The notes under the pieces were generated by a model. The model made no database searches. It saw only the letters and a list, made by a program, of their open reading frames with translations, and was not told the origin of the DNA. Position numbers and translations under genes: made by a program. Positions 1 to 12,545 of a DNA stretch of 64,000 nucleotides are shown here, piece after piece. The number at the start of each line of letters is the position of its first letter. Within the stretch, counting starts at the first letter, position 1. Source of the stretch: Chiloscyllium plagiosum (Eukaryota); the NCBI RefSeq assembly GCF_004010195.1, contig NC_057718.1:17496430-17560429 (forward strand), written 5' to 3'.

Positions 1-207
1 AGTGGGAGAGAGACTCCCTGAGATTCTTGTAGAGAGAGGAGGAAAACTTCTTCAAGGCAGGCATCCATGCAAGAGGATTCACAGTAGGGTTAAAATCAAC
101 GAGGTAAAAACAATGACTGCAGATGCTGGAAACCAGATTCTGGATCAGTGGTGCTGGAAGAGCACAGCAATTCAGGCAGCATCTGACGAGCAGCAAAATC
201 GACGTTC
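1..207 (-). mobile_element. Penelope-like element terminal fragment
   Basis: ggtaaaaacaatgactgcagatgctgg...aatcgacgtt is the reverse complement of the terminus seen at 56850-56929 and related to 51925-52033. Confidence 0.6.
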
Positions 208-979
208 AATGAATCTTGTGATTATTGCTCGTGAAGCTAACTAAAATTCTCTACCTCACTCTAATTCCAGTTGGAACTTCATGTAGTGAACAGATTAACT
301 TATGTCATACCTAAACTGCTCCTAAAATTGTCTGCCTTTTTAAGGAGAAGGTCGATAAAGCTCTTGTGGCTAAAGGGATCGGGCATATGGGGGGTGGAGG
401 GAGAGGTAGGGTGTGCTGGTCCCTATGGGGAAATCCTTTGGCCCATTCTGTTGAGGCTGGGAATAGATTAAAAGGAGATTCCTGTATTTTGATCTTTCTT
501 GGGTTGGGATTGGAAGCCAGGCAGGAGTGCTGATTCCACATTCTATCCCTCACCACTCCCAACCCTGAGCCGTGTTACAGAAGGTGTGGGGCAATAGGAC
601 TCCCAGTCTGTAAACAGCTCTGGCTCCTTTGGGACCGCTTCAGACCAATCACAGAAAGCAGATCAAGGTTTACCACTCTCTCCGTTTATTATTTGGAACA
701 GCCCTTCTGGAACCTTCCCTCCCATTGCAGCCACCCTGCTCCTTGCAAACTGGGCAAATCCTAATGAGTGACTGTACCCACACAGTGCAAGCTCCTGATC
801 ACTGTCCCAATACCAGTCACAGACTGACAGTTGAGATTCAGAAGGAAGATCCTGCCTGTGGGATGTCCAAGTGAAATCAAAAGGAGATGGGTGTGAGAAC
901 ATGATTTCTTCCCTGATGATTCAGCAAGAAAAAAACACATTTACTCACACAGTAACTTAAACCAGGGTGAGCAAATTTA

Positions 980-1298
980 GTGGGCGGCACGGTGGCACAG
1001 TGGTTAGCACTGCTGCCTCACAGCGCCTGAGACCCGGGTTCAATTCCCGCCTCAGGCGACTGCCTGTGTGGAGTTTGCACGTTCTCCCCGTGTCTGCGTG
1101 GGTTTCCTCCGGGTGCTCCGGTTTCCTCCCACAGTCCAAAAGATGTGCAGGGTCAGGTGAATTGGCCACGCTAAATTGCCCGTAGTGTTAGGTAAGGGGT
1201 AAATGTAGGGGTATGGGTGGGTTTCGCTTCGGCGGGTCGGTGTGGACTTGTTGGGCCGAAGGGCCTGTTTCCACACTGTAATGTAATGTAATCTAATC
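980..1298 (+). mobile_element. HE1-like V-SINE, young full-length copy
   Basis: tRNA-like A/B boxes (tggcacagtgg; ggttcaattcc), V-domain tgtggagtttgcacgttctccccgtgtctgcgtggg, LINE-derived tail, (aatct)n end. Confidence 0.9.
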
Positions 1299-1539
1299 AA
1301 ATTAAATTCATACTTCATCCCCGCCGCCCAACACACACATTGTTCCTAAACCAACTTTCTTACAAGTGTGGCTTCAAACTCGTAACACACAAATTGAAGG
1401 CTCCTTAGGATTTTATTTTAAAACACACAACCTCATTCTCATCAAATATAAAAACAGAAATTACTGGAACTACTCATCACAACAATCTGTGTTGACAAAA
1501 TCAATTAACATAACATGTTGAGCAGAAACATCTCTCACC

Positions 1540-1790
1540 ACAGAAGCTGAAAATTTCTGCCATTTCGGTCAGTATTCTAGATTTCCAGCTCGTACCTAGC
1601 CATGTCTTCAGCTTCCTATGTTTTATCCACCTCCCTACTTCTCTTTCCCTCTTGAGGAACTCCTTAAAGCCTAAATCTTTGATCAAGTATTTGGTTACCT
1701 GAGCTGATATTTCTTTGTTACTCAGTGGTTGATAATGCTCCTGTAAAGCTGTCTGGTCACTTTAAAGGTGCTATAAAAATGCAAGTTTTT
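1540..1790 (+). mobile_element. Degenerate L2-like LINE 3' end
   Basis: ccttaaagcctaaatctttgatcaag...aaaggtgctataaaaatgcaag type tail; related decayed tails at about 10930-11340 and 23830-24080. Confidence 0.4.
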
Positions 1791-2137
1791 ATTTGGTCAG
1801 TCTGAAAACTGCTAGGGGTAGGAGGGATAGATGAATTCTTCGCAGATTGGCAAATGTAATTGTGCGGAGGAGTGAAGATGTTCAGACTAGGCTGTAAAGT
1901 TCCCTTACACACTTGTCTGCCTTAGTTGTTTTAGCTTCATTGCAAAAATAGCCACTTGGCTGAGGGGCCAGGCATTTGCTGATCCATTGCAAACAAGGTC
2001 TAGCAGGGGATGTGCTACGGGAGGGGTTGGCGCCGACTAAGTAGGAAATTTGTGTTAGAGCCATTTTCTGACATTATGTAAACAGGTTAGCAATGCTTAC
2101 AATATTTTATTCAATACAAATCACATTTGTATTTCAG

Positions 2138-2224
2138 TCACATCGAGAAGGAGCTGAAGCACTACCTTGGAGAGCCTAACATTGATGAATTGTCTGTCGA
2201 AGAGCTGCAATTCTATTATTTCAC
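2138..2224 (+). CDS. MCFD2-like two-EF-hand protein, internal coding exon (upstream exons not found, probably outside the window)
   Basis: tttgtatttcag acceptor and AC|gtaagc donor. Reads (x)HIEKELKHYLGEPNIDELSVEELQFYYF(T), resembling MCFD2 HIMEHL...MSPQELQLHYF. Phase 2/2. Confidence 0.85.
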
Positions 2225-2524
2225 GTAAGCTAAATACAGTTGAACCTATACTGGAAATCTTCACATGATTCCAATATTTATCCCTTAATTTAGATCACTA
2301 ACACAGTTTGTTATTATATTGTGTTGTGGGAGTTACTTCTGTACAAATTGGTGAGTATGATTCCTATATTACAACAGGGACTACAATTCAAACTCCTGCT
2401 CCAATTGCAAAATACCTTGGAATATTCGGAGGTGTGAAAGTTGCTATTCATGGAATACTACCAGTGAACTCTCTTTGTCATCCGCAAGAGTAAAATTTGG
2501 TACTTAAAGAAATTGTTTCAAAGA

Positions 2525-2842
2525 ATCCCTAGTGTGAAAACAGGCCACTTGGCCCAACAAGTCCACGCCGATCCTCCGAAGAGTAACTCACCCTGTAACT
2601 TCCCTACCCTATTACTCTGCGTTTACCCCTGACTAATGAACCTAACCTACACATCCCTGAACACAATGGGCAATTTAGCATGGCCAATTCACCTAGTCTG
2701 CACATCTTTGGATAGTGGGAGGAAACCTACACAGACAAAGGGAGAACATGCAAACGCCACATAGACAGTCACCTGAGGCTAGAATCAAACTCTGGTCCCT
2801 AACACTGAGACAACAGTGCTAACTACTGAGCCACCATACCAC
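2525..2842 (-). mobile_element. HE1-like V-SINE, diverged
   Basis: Reverse-complement similarity to 980-1298. Confidence 0.8.
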
Positions 2843-2857
2843 CCATGCAGCTGAGTG

Positions 2858-3128
2858 GGTGGCACTGGTTTTTCACAGCGTCAGGGATCTGGGTTTGATT
2901 TCAGCCTTAATCAACTGTGTGGAGTTTGCATGTTCTGTGTCTGAGTGGGTTTCTTTCTACAGTCCAAAGATGTGCAGGTTAAGTGGATTTGCCGTTGGAA
3001 ATGCAGAATTACAGGTGGAGGGGTGGGGGGAAGCTAGTGTCTGGGTGGGATGTGCTTCAGACTGTCAGTATGGACTTGCTGGGCTGAATGGCCTGCTTCC
3101 ACATTGTTGGGATTGTATGATTCTATGA
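2858..3128 (+). mobile_element. HE1-like V-SINE, diverged, head-to-head with the previous copy
   Basis: tgtgtggagtttgca...cagtccaaagatgtgcaggtt...ggcctgcttccac. Confidence 0.75.
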
Positions 3129-3939
3129 ATGACACCTGTGACACTCTTTCAAGAAATTGTTAAATGTTTGTTAACGAACAATTAATATGTAATTGTTGAT
3201 GCTATCTTCAGACTATCAGTGAATTGTTTACTAATGAAACTTCTCCAAGAATTAAAGACTGGCAAGGAAGACCCTTGCTATTATACTTCTCTTTCCCCTG
3301 ACTTTCTAAATTCCTGTTAAAGAACCAGAGAGAAGTATTCTTGCCTGCTGGACCAATCCACATGAATCACAATTGCTAGAAAGTGAATTACAAATCAGCC
3401 AAGAAAATTGACCCAAGTCTGGCGTGAGGGAAGGTATAATTGAGGACAATGGCTCCAGACCACGCCACATCTGGACAAGTGTGAAGAGAGAAACATGACA
3501 GACAGCAGAGGAAGATCTTGAGAAGGATTAACCTCTACCCTTAGCTTATCCACTAGGGATAATTTGAAGCCTGCTAAGGAGTGATGCCTCTGAGATGACC
3601 TGCTTCATCTTCTGCAGTCGCTGCTTGACCGAAGAGCAGCAGGAGCAACCCACAGCTCAGTTGTGGTACAAGTGAATGTATCAAAAAGGCAACAGTCTCT
3701 TCCTTGGCAACAGCAGGAGATCTGGCAGTGGATAGTCACAGCTGTGCTTTACTCAGGGCTTGTGTTGTAATACTCTGCTGAATAAAATTAAAATTGGCAA
3801 GCAGCAAGATTGGTCAATAAGAATTTTCCTAAATATACAACATTCCTGGAGGCTAGAATGCTATTGAATGCACTGTATCTCGAATCCTGAATGCAGTTGA
3901 GCAGGCTACTTTGAAGCAACGCTATAGGGGAAATATCAA

Positions 3940-4050
3940 GTTCTTGTGGTGTAGTGATAATTTCTCTACCTCTGAGCCAGGAGGCCCAGGTTCAAGTCCC
4001 ATTTCTCCCAGCCATAATAATAGCTCTGAACAGGTTAATTAGAAAATACC
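3940..4050 (+). mobile_element. Short tRNA-derived SINE (second family)
   Basis: tcttgtggtgtagtg...ggttcaagtccca...ctgaacaggttaattagaaaata; also at about 15586 (partial), 39490-39810 and 49200-49446. Confidence 0.6.
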
Positions 4051-4129
4051 CATCACTGCATGTAATCCTGAAGCTTAGCCTAACGCTGAGGGGACAATGG
4101 ATTTAAACGGCATTGCAGCAGTTGGTCTA

Positions 4130-4640
4130 ATTCAAGCCCAATGAATAAACCTGGAATTAAAGGCTAGTAACAGTAACCGTGAAAGCATTGCAATATCATG
4201 TGAAAAAATCCATCTGGTTCACAAATACCCTTTAGGAAAGGAAAACTGCCACCCTTACCTGGTCTGGTCTACATGTGACTCCAGACACACACATGTGGAT
4301 TCCTCAGAAATAATTCAGCAAGCCACTCAGTTTCTGGGGCAATTGAAGGTGGACAACAAATGCTGATCCCAGTATTAGTCAGCATCTTCCAAACAAACAA
4401 CCACTTCCATGTGGCAGGACAAGGGCAGGAGATATGAGAACAACATCACCTGCAAGTTCCTCTCCATCCACTCACCCTCCTTCACTGTCACTGGGTCAAA
4501 ATCCTGGAATTCCCTCCCTAATGGCATTGTGGGTCTACCTACAGCACATGGACTGCAATGGTTCAAGAAGGCAGCTCACCACCACCTTCTCAAAGGACAA
4601 TTGGCAAATTCTGGCCGGCCAGCCAGCACCACCCCATGAC
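4130..4640 (+). mobile_element. SINE remnant plus 3' end of its likely partner LINE
   Basis: ccttacctggtctggtctacatgtgactccaga (shared with 19422-19705), followed by ggttcaagaaggcagctcaccaccaccttctcaa (shared with about 32400 and 46120). Confidence 0.6.
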
Positions 4641-4699
4641 CTACACGTGGTAAAGAGGATATATGTATAATTCATACTCCATAAATGACAAATCACACA

Positions 4700-4945
4700 A
4701 TCCCTAGTGTGGAAACAGGCCATTCGGCCCACTGAAAGGGCAGCCCACCCTGTAATCCTGCATTTCCTATGGCTAATCCACAAAGACTGCAGATCTTTGG
4801 ATTGTGGGAGGAAACTGGAGCACCTGGGGGAAACCCACACAGACACAGGAAGAATGCGCAAACTCCTCACAGACAGTCACCCGAGGCTGGAATCTAACTG
4901 GGTCCCTAGCGCTATGAGGCAGCAGCGCTGACCACTGAGCTGCCC
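4700..4945 (-). mobile_element. HE1-like V-SINE, diverged
   Basis: Reverse-complement similarity to 980-1298. Confidence 0.8.
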
Positions 4946-5769
4946 TCCCATTGGCAGTAATCCTACAATAATCTTTTAAAGGAATATCTTAGTTTTTAGT
5001 TCTACTCAGAGAAACCTCAATGAAAGGAGAGAAGTGGTAATCCCATACAATTGAAAAAGTTCGATTTTATCCAACAAAACTTCAAGCGCAGCATTTTTGC
5101 CATTTCCTTAAAGGAATCATCTAATATCGAAAAAGTAGCAGTGCTACAGGGATGTAGAGGGACTGACTAAATTGTTTGACAGGGAGCCATTATAAGCTAT
5201 CAGTCACATTGCCTCCTGTGCACCATTAATAATTACAAGTGACATTTTGTTATATTGAATCACCTTGATGGTACAATAGGCTTAGTACTGTTGCATTAAT
5301 AAGAAATCTCTCAGACTAACAGGCTCTCAATGAATTTCTATTCTCTCTAAATTGGGACAAGCCTATATTAATTGCTTATGACTAATCCAAAAAGTTCTTG
5401 AACTGCTGTCACTGAAGTTAACATGGTGCTATTTAAAATCCAACCTGCTCGGTCATAGCCTTTTTTTCATGTTTCGTGGCTATTGATAGCAGAAGGGGGT
5501 GTACCTATTTTCTAGATGCTCATATTTCCTGGCTTGATTATCAGCCTTTTCTACTTTGATCAGTCGAACACACACAAATACAATCATCCTAAAATATTCA
5601 CAATGGAAACCTCGCTGAATTCTAGTAGACAGTAGTTGATGGTTCTGTGAAGACAGTCAGTTGGACTCCCTTACTGATTCAGTGGATGAATGCATTGCAG
5701 TCTGATCCAGGGCCATAGAAATGCCATAACTTCACTTTCTGACCGTGTAGTTAACTATTTCAGTCAAAA

Positions 5770-6836
5770 GGTGACACCAAGAACAACTTCGTAAGGATCC
5801 TACTCATTGACTACAGTTCAGCTTTCAACACTTTTATCCCCTTGAGACTGATTACTAAACTTAGTGATCTCGGACTAAGCGCCACTCTCTGCAACTGGAT
5901 CCTCGGTCCTCCATCAGTGAAGATTCGGGAGAACATTTCATCCCCGCTAACATTCAACACTGCAGCCCCCTCAGAGCTATGTACTCAGCCCCCTACTGTA
6001 CTCACTATATACCCATGAGTGTGTCACCAAATACCAGATTAACGCCATTTAGAAGTTCGCTGATGACACCACCAAAGTCAGTCGAATCTCAGATGGAGAC
6101 AAAACAGATTACAGATGGGAGGTGGAAGATTTGGAAAACTGGTGCACTGAGAACAACCTAGCTCTCAATGCCAGCAAAACCAAGGAACTCATTATTGCCT
6201 TTTGGCAAGATATTACTCATGCCCCCCCTATACATTAACAGGACAGAGCTGGAACAAGTGGAGAGTGTCAAGCTCCTGGGAGTGGTAATTAACAATAAAC
6301 TTTCTTGGACTGATCATACGGACGCAGCTGAGAAAATTTGGCATGACGGCGAATACCCTTGCCAACTTTTATAGATGTGCCATCGAGAGCATTCTGTCTG
6401 GATATATCAGTACTTGGTATGGTAACTGACTGGAGACTGTTACAGAGAGTGGTGAACTCGGCCTGGACACTCTCAAAGCCAACCTCCCACCTATAGAACC
6501 CATCTTCCAGGCCCATTGTCAAGGAAAGGCAGCCAGCATTCTCAAAGATCCATTCCACCCTGGCAATGCTTTTCTACAACCTCTACCATTGAGGAGAAAG
6601 TATAGTAGCCTGAACACCTGCACCAGCCAGTTTCGAAACTGTTTCTACCCTACTGTTGTTAGAATGGACTCTCAAACTCTTCACAGTCGCCTGTACCTGT
6701 GTTTTTTGTTTTTGTCACTGTTTACCTACTATTTAGTTATCTATGCTTTTTAACTATGATCTACCTGTATTGCTCTCAAGACAAAGCTTTTCACTGTACC
6801 TCGGCACACATGACAATAAGTTAAATTCAATTCAAA
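5770..6836 (+). mobile_element. Rex1/Babar-clade LINE, 5'-truncated and decayed
   Basis: Translates LLIDYSSAFNT...LCNWIL...KFADDT; 3' tail gtacctcggcacacatgacaataa followed by (ttcaa)n. Confidence 0.8.
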
Positions 6837-6839
6837 TGA

Positions 6840-7160
6840 TAGAGTCTTAGAGCCGTATAGCATGGAAACAGACCCTTCAGTCTAACTCGTCCATGCCCAC
6901 CAGATATCCCAAATTATTCTAGTCAGATTTGCCAGTTCTTGGCCCCTATCCCTTTAAACCGTTCCTATTCATATACCCCTCCAGATGCCTTTTAAATGTC
7001 GTGGTTGTACCAGCCTCCACCACCTCCTCTGGAAACTCATTCCATTCACACATTTGTGGTACTTGGTATGGTAACTGACTGGAGACTGTTACAGAGAGGC
7101 TGTTACATTTCCACACAGAGGCACATTTCCCTCTGTGTGGAAATGGTGCCCCTTTTGAAT
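6840..7160 (-). mobile_element. CR1/HER1 LINE 3' end, interrupted by a templated insertion
   Basis: WNEFPEEVVEAGTTTTFKRHL C-terminal ORF2 motif on the - strand. Confidence 0.8.
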
Positions 7161-7179
7161 ATTTCAAAGTGAAAAGGAG

Positions 7180-7556
7180 AAGCTGCATAGGTTGGAGCTT
7201 TTCCCCCCCCCTGGCGTGTAGGAAGTTGAGGGGTGACCTTATGAAGTTTATAAAATCATGACAGGCATAGATAAGATGACTAGCAAAGGTCTTTTCCCAG
7301 GGTAAGGGAGTTTAAAACTGCAAGGTTTAAGGTGAGAAGTGAAAGATTTAAAAGAGACCTGAGGGTGGTGGGTATATTGAATGAACTGCCAGAGGAAATG
7401 ATAGATGCAGGTATAATAGTTAAAAGACATTTGGACAGATACACGAATCAGAAAGGTTTAGTGGGATATGGGCCTAATTTAGTTTGGGAAACTTGGTTGG
7501 TATGGAAGAGTTGGACTGATGGGTCTGCTTCTGTGCTGTATGACTATATAAATCTC
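7180..7556 (+). mobile_element. CR1/HER1 LINE 3' end
   Basis: RGDL.EVYKIM...NELPEEMIDAG...KRHLD; 3' tail gctgtatgact. Confidence 0.8.
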
Positions 7557-8011
7557 TTAGCTAAAAAGGATTAGGAAAAGTATACACTAATATAGTTCAA
7601 ACAGGCATATATCATTGCAATAAACAGTTGCATCTTTAGACAATCAATTGCAGCAATTGCACCAATTATAATCTTCACTGTGGACATTATTACACTGTTA
7701 GGGTATGGAGTTTGTTTCTTAGCATCATGCACCAGTACAATAAGATACCAAGATCACTGGTATAGTATCTTAAACAACAGTATTGAAACGCCTCAAATTT
7801 GTGACCTTCCATCAAGAGGCTAATAACAAGATTAAATATAACCACAGCAAAGTTATGACTGCCAGGCAGAAAGAAAAGCTTGACAAATATATTTAATGTA
7901 ATATCTCCTTGGAGCATTCCTTTAATTTTTTTTCTAAAAATATATTTAATGGAGAAAGACTTTTCCTGTTGAATTAATTCATGAGTGTCCTACTTAATTC
8001 CCTCTCTGCAG

Positions 8012-8133
8012 TCTGCATGACTTCGACAAAAATACATTCTTGGATGGCCTGGAAATAATTACCGCATTGGAAGATTCCCTTGAAGAAACCCTGGAGTCCT
8101 TTTCAACAGAAGAAATGATGAAATTGCTAATAG
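8012..8133 (+). CDS. MCFD2-like protein, exon with EF-hand 1
   Basis: cctctctgcag acceptor and G|gtataa donor. Reads (T)LHDFDKNTFLDGLEIITALEDSLEETLESFSTEEMMKLLI(E). The HDxDxNxxLDGLE motif is typical of the MCFD2/CGREF1 family. Phase matches both neighbours. Confidence 0.9.
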
Positions 8134-9302
8134 GTATAATTCATGAATTAACACTCCTGATTGATGCTGCAGCCAAATCATTCCAAGCCTGGCTCAAAAT
8201 GATTTAAAATGAGATCCACTCACTTCACCCCCAAGTCAACAATCTATTGTACATCTTAAGGATGGTACTAGAAGTTTATTTAGTATTTATTCTCTTCAGA
8301 TAGAGTTAAAAACAGAAAGAAAGTGCATCCTCCAAAGATGTAAGCAACACAATGTTTTTAATATTGTTTGAAAGCTTGTGATAGAGCTTTTACAAGGTTA
8401 CACTGTTTTGTCCACAGCAATTCCCCACAATTGGCCAAATCACCCAAAGGTCACGGCATTGAGCGCAAATAAGTGCTTGCAATTTTAAAATAGAGAGAGT
8501 GGGAATCCTGACACCCCTACAAAATAACCACCGCCCCAGTCTGATTTCACCAGGAAGGTGAGCTTCCTTGCACTGTGCTGATTTGAAGGCTTTCGTTTGT
8601 ATGACTGAGGGAAAGTCTTCGTTCTGTGAACCAGTACAATTAGGCAGTGTTTAAAAAGTATTTAAGACAGGTAACCTCATTCAGTTTATCAATACAACTG
8701 AAAATGGGTTTACCCACATATAGACAGTTCCTTAAAAAAATTATATTGAGTAGTTTATGGATTTCATAGATATACAGTGGTCATTTCTCAAATTTAAATA
8801 TTTATTAATTATAACATTCAGATAATATCCATCAGCATCTTTATGCCTATAGAACAAAGTTTAAATGTATTGTACTGACAACAAATACATTCTTACACAA
8901 ATTACTCTAAACCATCAAATTAAATTAGAAAACTAGCACAATTAAGAGCAATTTGCACCTGGATTTGTACAGTTCCCAAAAGTGAAACTCCATTTGGTCT
9001 TGTATACTGTGTATAGGTCCTGTAATGTTTACCAGTTTAAACTCTCAGTTTTGGAATGCTGACACCTGCCCTGCTCTTAAAACAGAGCAACTAAATGACT
9101 GTTCAATTGCCAGGCCAAATCTCCCTTCCAAACCTTAGACCAAGTTGAAGCAATATTAAATATAAACATAAATTCTCTGGGAGCTTCTGAGTCTGCTGTA
9201 AGTTGCTATTGCAGACACACAGCTAAGTTTGAAGTACAGATCAAGGTTGATCTCACTCCATCCATTAACCGGTTTCATCTTCACTGCTTTCTTTTGGTAC
9301 AG

Positions 9303-9454
9303 AAATGACAGATGAAGTTTTGGAAAATGATGATATCGATAAAGATGGATATTTATCCTATTATGAATATATGCACTCACAAAACAGAACAGCAAGTCCT
9401 ACCACAATACTGGAGAAAAGCTCAAAAGAGAAAGCTTATCAACATCAAATCTGA
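9303..9454 (+). CDS. MCFD2-like protein, last coding exon with EF-hand 2 and stop
   Basis: ttttggtacag acceptor. Reads (E)MTDEVLENDDIDKDGYLSYYEYMHSQNRTASPTTILEKSSKEKAYQHQI*. Canonical EF loop DIDKDGYLSYYE; TGA at 9452-9454. Confidence 0.9.
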
Positions 9455-9501
9455 TGCAAAAAAAAAAGGAGGGAAAAATGTTCTTAGCAAGCAACTAATC
9501 T

Positions 9502-9521
9502 AATAAAAAGGGACTAATAAA
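9502..9521 (+). promoter_or_regulatory. Candidate polyadenylation signals of the MCFD2-like gene
   Basis: AATAAA at 9502-9507 and 9516-9521, about 50-65 nt after the stop codon. Confidence 0.5.
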
Positions 9522-10384
9522 CTTGTATTCTATTTTAGAAATAATGTGCTTTCATTAAAACACAGATGAGTGGCTAATTGACCATTGATCTTCAAGTCAG
9601 GACAAGATGTGTGTCCCAAACTCACCCTGCTGGGGGACTAGAGGTGGGATTAATTTCATTTGTGGTAGTCCATTTGAGGGCCAACCAATCTGCCCAGGAT
9701 CCAGTAGATCTGCCCCCTCTCCTGTGTAGGGAATGAAACAGCATGTTGCAGATTATGCCGAAAGTTTATTTTACGTGCTGGGCTAGGGCAGGTAGGCCTT
9801 GGTAACTGGAGGGTAAATCTGCAGAGACATTGAGGCCACAAGGGCTGTTAATGATCCTGACAGCCTGCTCTTGGAGCATTGAGCCTCCAGGGAGATATAA
9901 TTCAGTTTACCATAAGGTGAGTGCCATTCCATAATGGGAGAATGCTGGTGGGATCAATAATAAATGGCTATCAGTGGGCCATAGGTGTTCCTGATATTAT
10001 AGCCTTCTAGTCAGTACCTTTTCCCGAGACCCAAATCTAATGATCTGCTCATCTCAAACCTGTATCTTTAAAGCAAAAACCTGACCATTTTCTTGCTTAC
10101 AATGGTATGAATACAGACTAAGTCCAACCCAGCCCATTCCTTCAGGAAACAAAACGGGAAAGTTGGTAATACACTATTCTCATTATATGTTTGAAAACAT
10201 TTCTCTTGATAGTCTTTTCAAACTGGTTTGCTCCATGGTGCTCGGCTTTCAAGTAGAGTATGCAACAGAACCCCACTTTGAGAACATTTATATCAAGTGA
10301 GTGCAAGTACTCAAACAGGAACCAGGATAATGAGTACAATATGAATTGTCATAGAAACAAAATCAATCACTGAGGACAGAATTT

Positions 10385-10679
10385 GATTTAGATTAGATTA
10401 CAGCGTGGAAACAGGCCCTTTGGCCCAACAAGTCCACACCGACCCGCCGAAGCGCAACCCACCCATGCCCCTACATTTACCCCTTATCTAACACTACAGG
10501 CAATTTAACATGGCCAATTCACCTAACCTGCACATCTTTGGACTGTGGGAGGAAACCCACGCAGACACAGGGAGAACGTGCAAACTCCACACAGTCAGTT
10601 GCCTGAGGCGGGAATTGAACCCGGGTCTCAGTCGCTGTGAGGCAGCAGTGCTAACCACTGTGCCACCGTGCTGCCCACA
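10385..10679 (-). mobile_element. HE1-like V-SINE, young, with small internal deletion
   Basis: Near-identical reverse complement of 980-1298. Confidence 0.9.
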
Positions 10680-11719
10680 CTTGAAGGAAATAATTAAAAG
10701 TGGCAGTTAAGTCTTCAAAGAGACAATTCCTGTGTGAAGTAGCACCAGCACTAACATATCCTGGTTGTGTTCACATTTCTTCAATTTCAATAAACTAAAT
10801 ATATACATGTTTTAAATCATCTGCTCAGCAAATGTCAGAGGAATGAGTGACTGCATTCCTACATTGCTCCTCAAACTTCATATCCTTTATCACCAACATC
10901 TTGTTTTGCTGTTTTCTTGAATGAGATACTCTTCAATATTCCTCCACAATATTGCCCGTTTCAGCCACTGTATTAGCTTATCAGCTGCTAAACCCCTCAT
11001 CCATCATCCTGACACCTTCAGAGTTAAGCATTCTAATTGGCTTCTGGCTGTGTTCTGATTTTGTAACTCCCAAGATTTAAGTTCAACTCCCTGCATTACC
11101 ATAGTCGTCTCAATCTGTTAAAAATGTTCTGAGAACTCAGTGATCCTTCAATTCTGGTGCTTCTGCATCCCCAGCTGAGTCATAAACATTCAGCTTTCTA
11201 CATCAATCTTGCATTGCGATATGGTCCTTAAACTCATCTACTTTAATGCACCTGTCCTAATATCCTTTTATGTGGCTTGGTTCAAACTTTTATTTTCTAA
11301 CTCTTCTATGAAGTGCTTGGTATGATTGATACATTAAAGGTTAACCCTAAGTCCACGGAGACGACAAACTGGCTGAACAATTCTAGCTACCCTGCTGAAG
11401 TAATGCCACATTATCAATTTCCGACCCTTACAGAGTTTTGACATCCTATAAAATCTGCATTTTTTCTCAGCATCCATTTTCATTTCATAACAATAATTTT
11501 CTTTATAAGGTTTCCTTGATGGCTCAGCATGTGTCTAAACCAGATAAATCCACTTTTGACCACCCCACACACCCCCTCCAAATTTGGTGCAAGCTGAGTT
11601 AATCTATCTGTGACAGTGACAGTGTGATTGTATAGTGCCACTGGTCATGGTGTATAGTCCAAGGCTGTTTCCTTTTTGGACATCAATATCACATGCATAA
11701 CCTTACTGTTACCTGTGGT

Positions 11720-12545
11720 CAAGTCTCTCACATGAAGAGAGATTGAGTAGACTGGAACTATGCTCATTGGAATCTAGAAGAATGGCGGGGGGGAACCTTT
11801 ATAGATACGTAAAATTATGGAGGGAATAGGTAAGAAAGAAGCAGGGAGGTTGTTTCTATTCGCAGGTGAAACTAGAACTAGGGGGCATAGCCTCAAATTA
11901 AGGGTGAGGGGGAAGATTTAGGACTGAGTGGAGGAGGAACTTCACCCAAAGGGTTGTAAATCTATGCAAATACCCTGCTCAGTGAATGTTTTTCAGGATA
12001 GATAGATTTTTGAACATTAAAATAATTAAGAGTTATGGTGAGTGGGCAGCTACATGGAACTGAGTCCATAAAAGGATCAACCATGATCTTGTTGAATGGT
12101 GACACAGAATTAATGGGCCAGATGGCCTACTCCTGCCCCTATTTCTTTTGTTCTTATGAATATAAAAGCAGCGATATACTTCCGAGGCACGATAAAGCTC
12201 TGGTCAGACCACATTTGGAGTATTGTGCGCAGTTTTGGGCCCTATGTCTCAGGAAAGATGTACTGGCCTTGAAGCGAATTCAGGGGAAGTTCACGCGAAT
12301 GGTCCCAGAAACGAAAAGCTTAACATATGAAGAAAGTTTGAGAACTCTGGGCCTATACTCAATAGAGTTTAGAAGGGTGAGAAGAGATCTAACCGAAACA
12401 TATGGAATACTGAATGGCCTGGACAAAGTAGATGTTGAGATGTTTCCATTGGTAGGGAAGACTAGGACCCAAGGTGACCTTTTAAAAACAGAGATAAGGA
12501 GAAATGTCTTCAGCCAGAGAGTAGTGAATGTATGGAATAAACAAA
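11720..12545 (+). mobile_element. Two adjacent CR1 LINE 3' fragments
   Basis: ORF 12035-12559 contains ALVRPHLEYCAQFW...LGLYSIEFRRVRRDL, the CR1 ORF2 C-terminus. Confidence 0.85.

Noticed and set aside
980..1050. tRNA-like A/B box sequences
   Set aside because: They are SINE heads continuing into SINE cores, with no complete tRNA cloverleaf.
957..1336. Recurrent ORFs such as MANSP..CGRKPEHPEETHADTGR and MVSTAASQR.. (also near 10510, 17679, 23395, 30560, 35674, 37029)
   Set aside because: They are chance translations of the V-SINE consensus, not a protein family.
2138..9454. Naming the + strand gene MCFD2 or CGREF1
   Set aside because: Family motifs are clear, but divergence, C-terminal tail and intron positions do not fit either ortholog well enough without a phylogeny.
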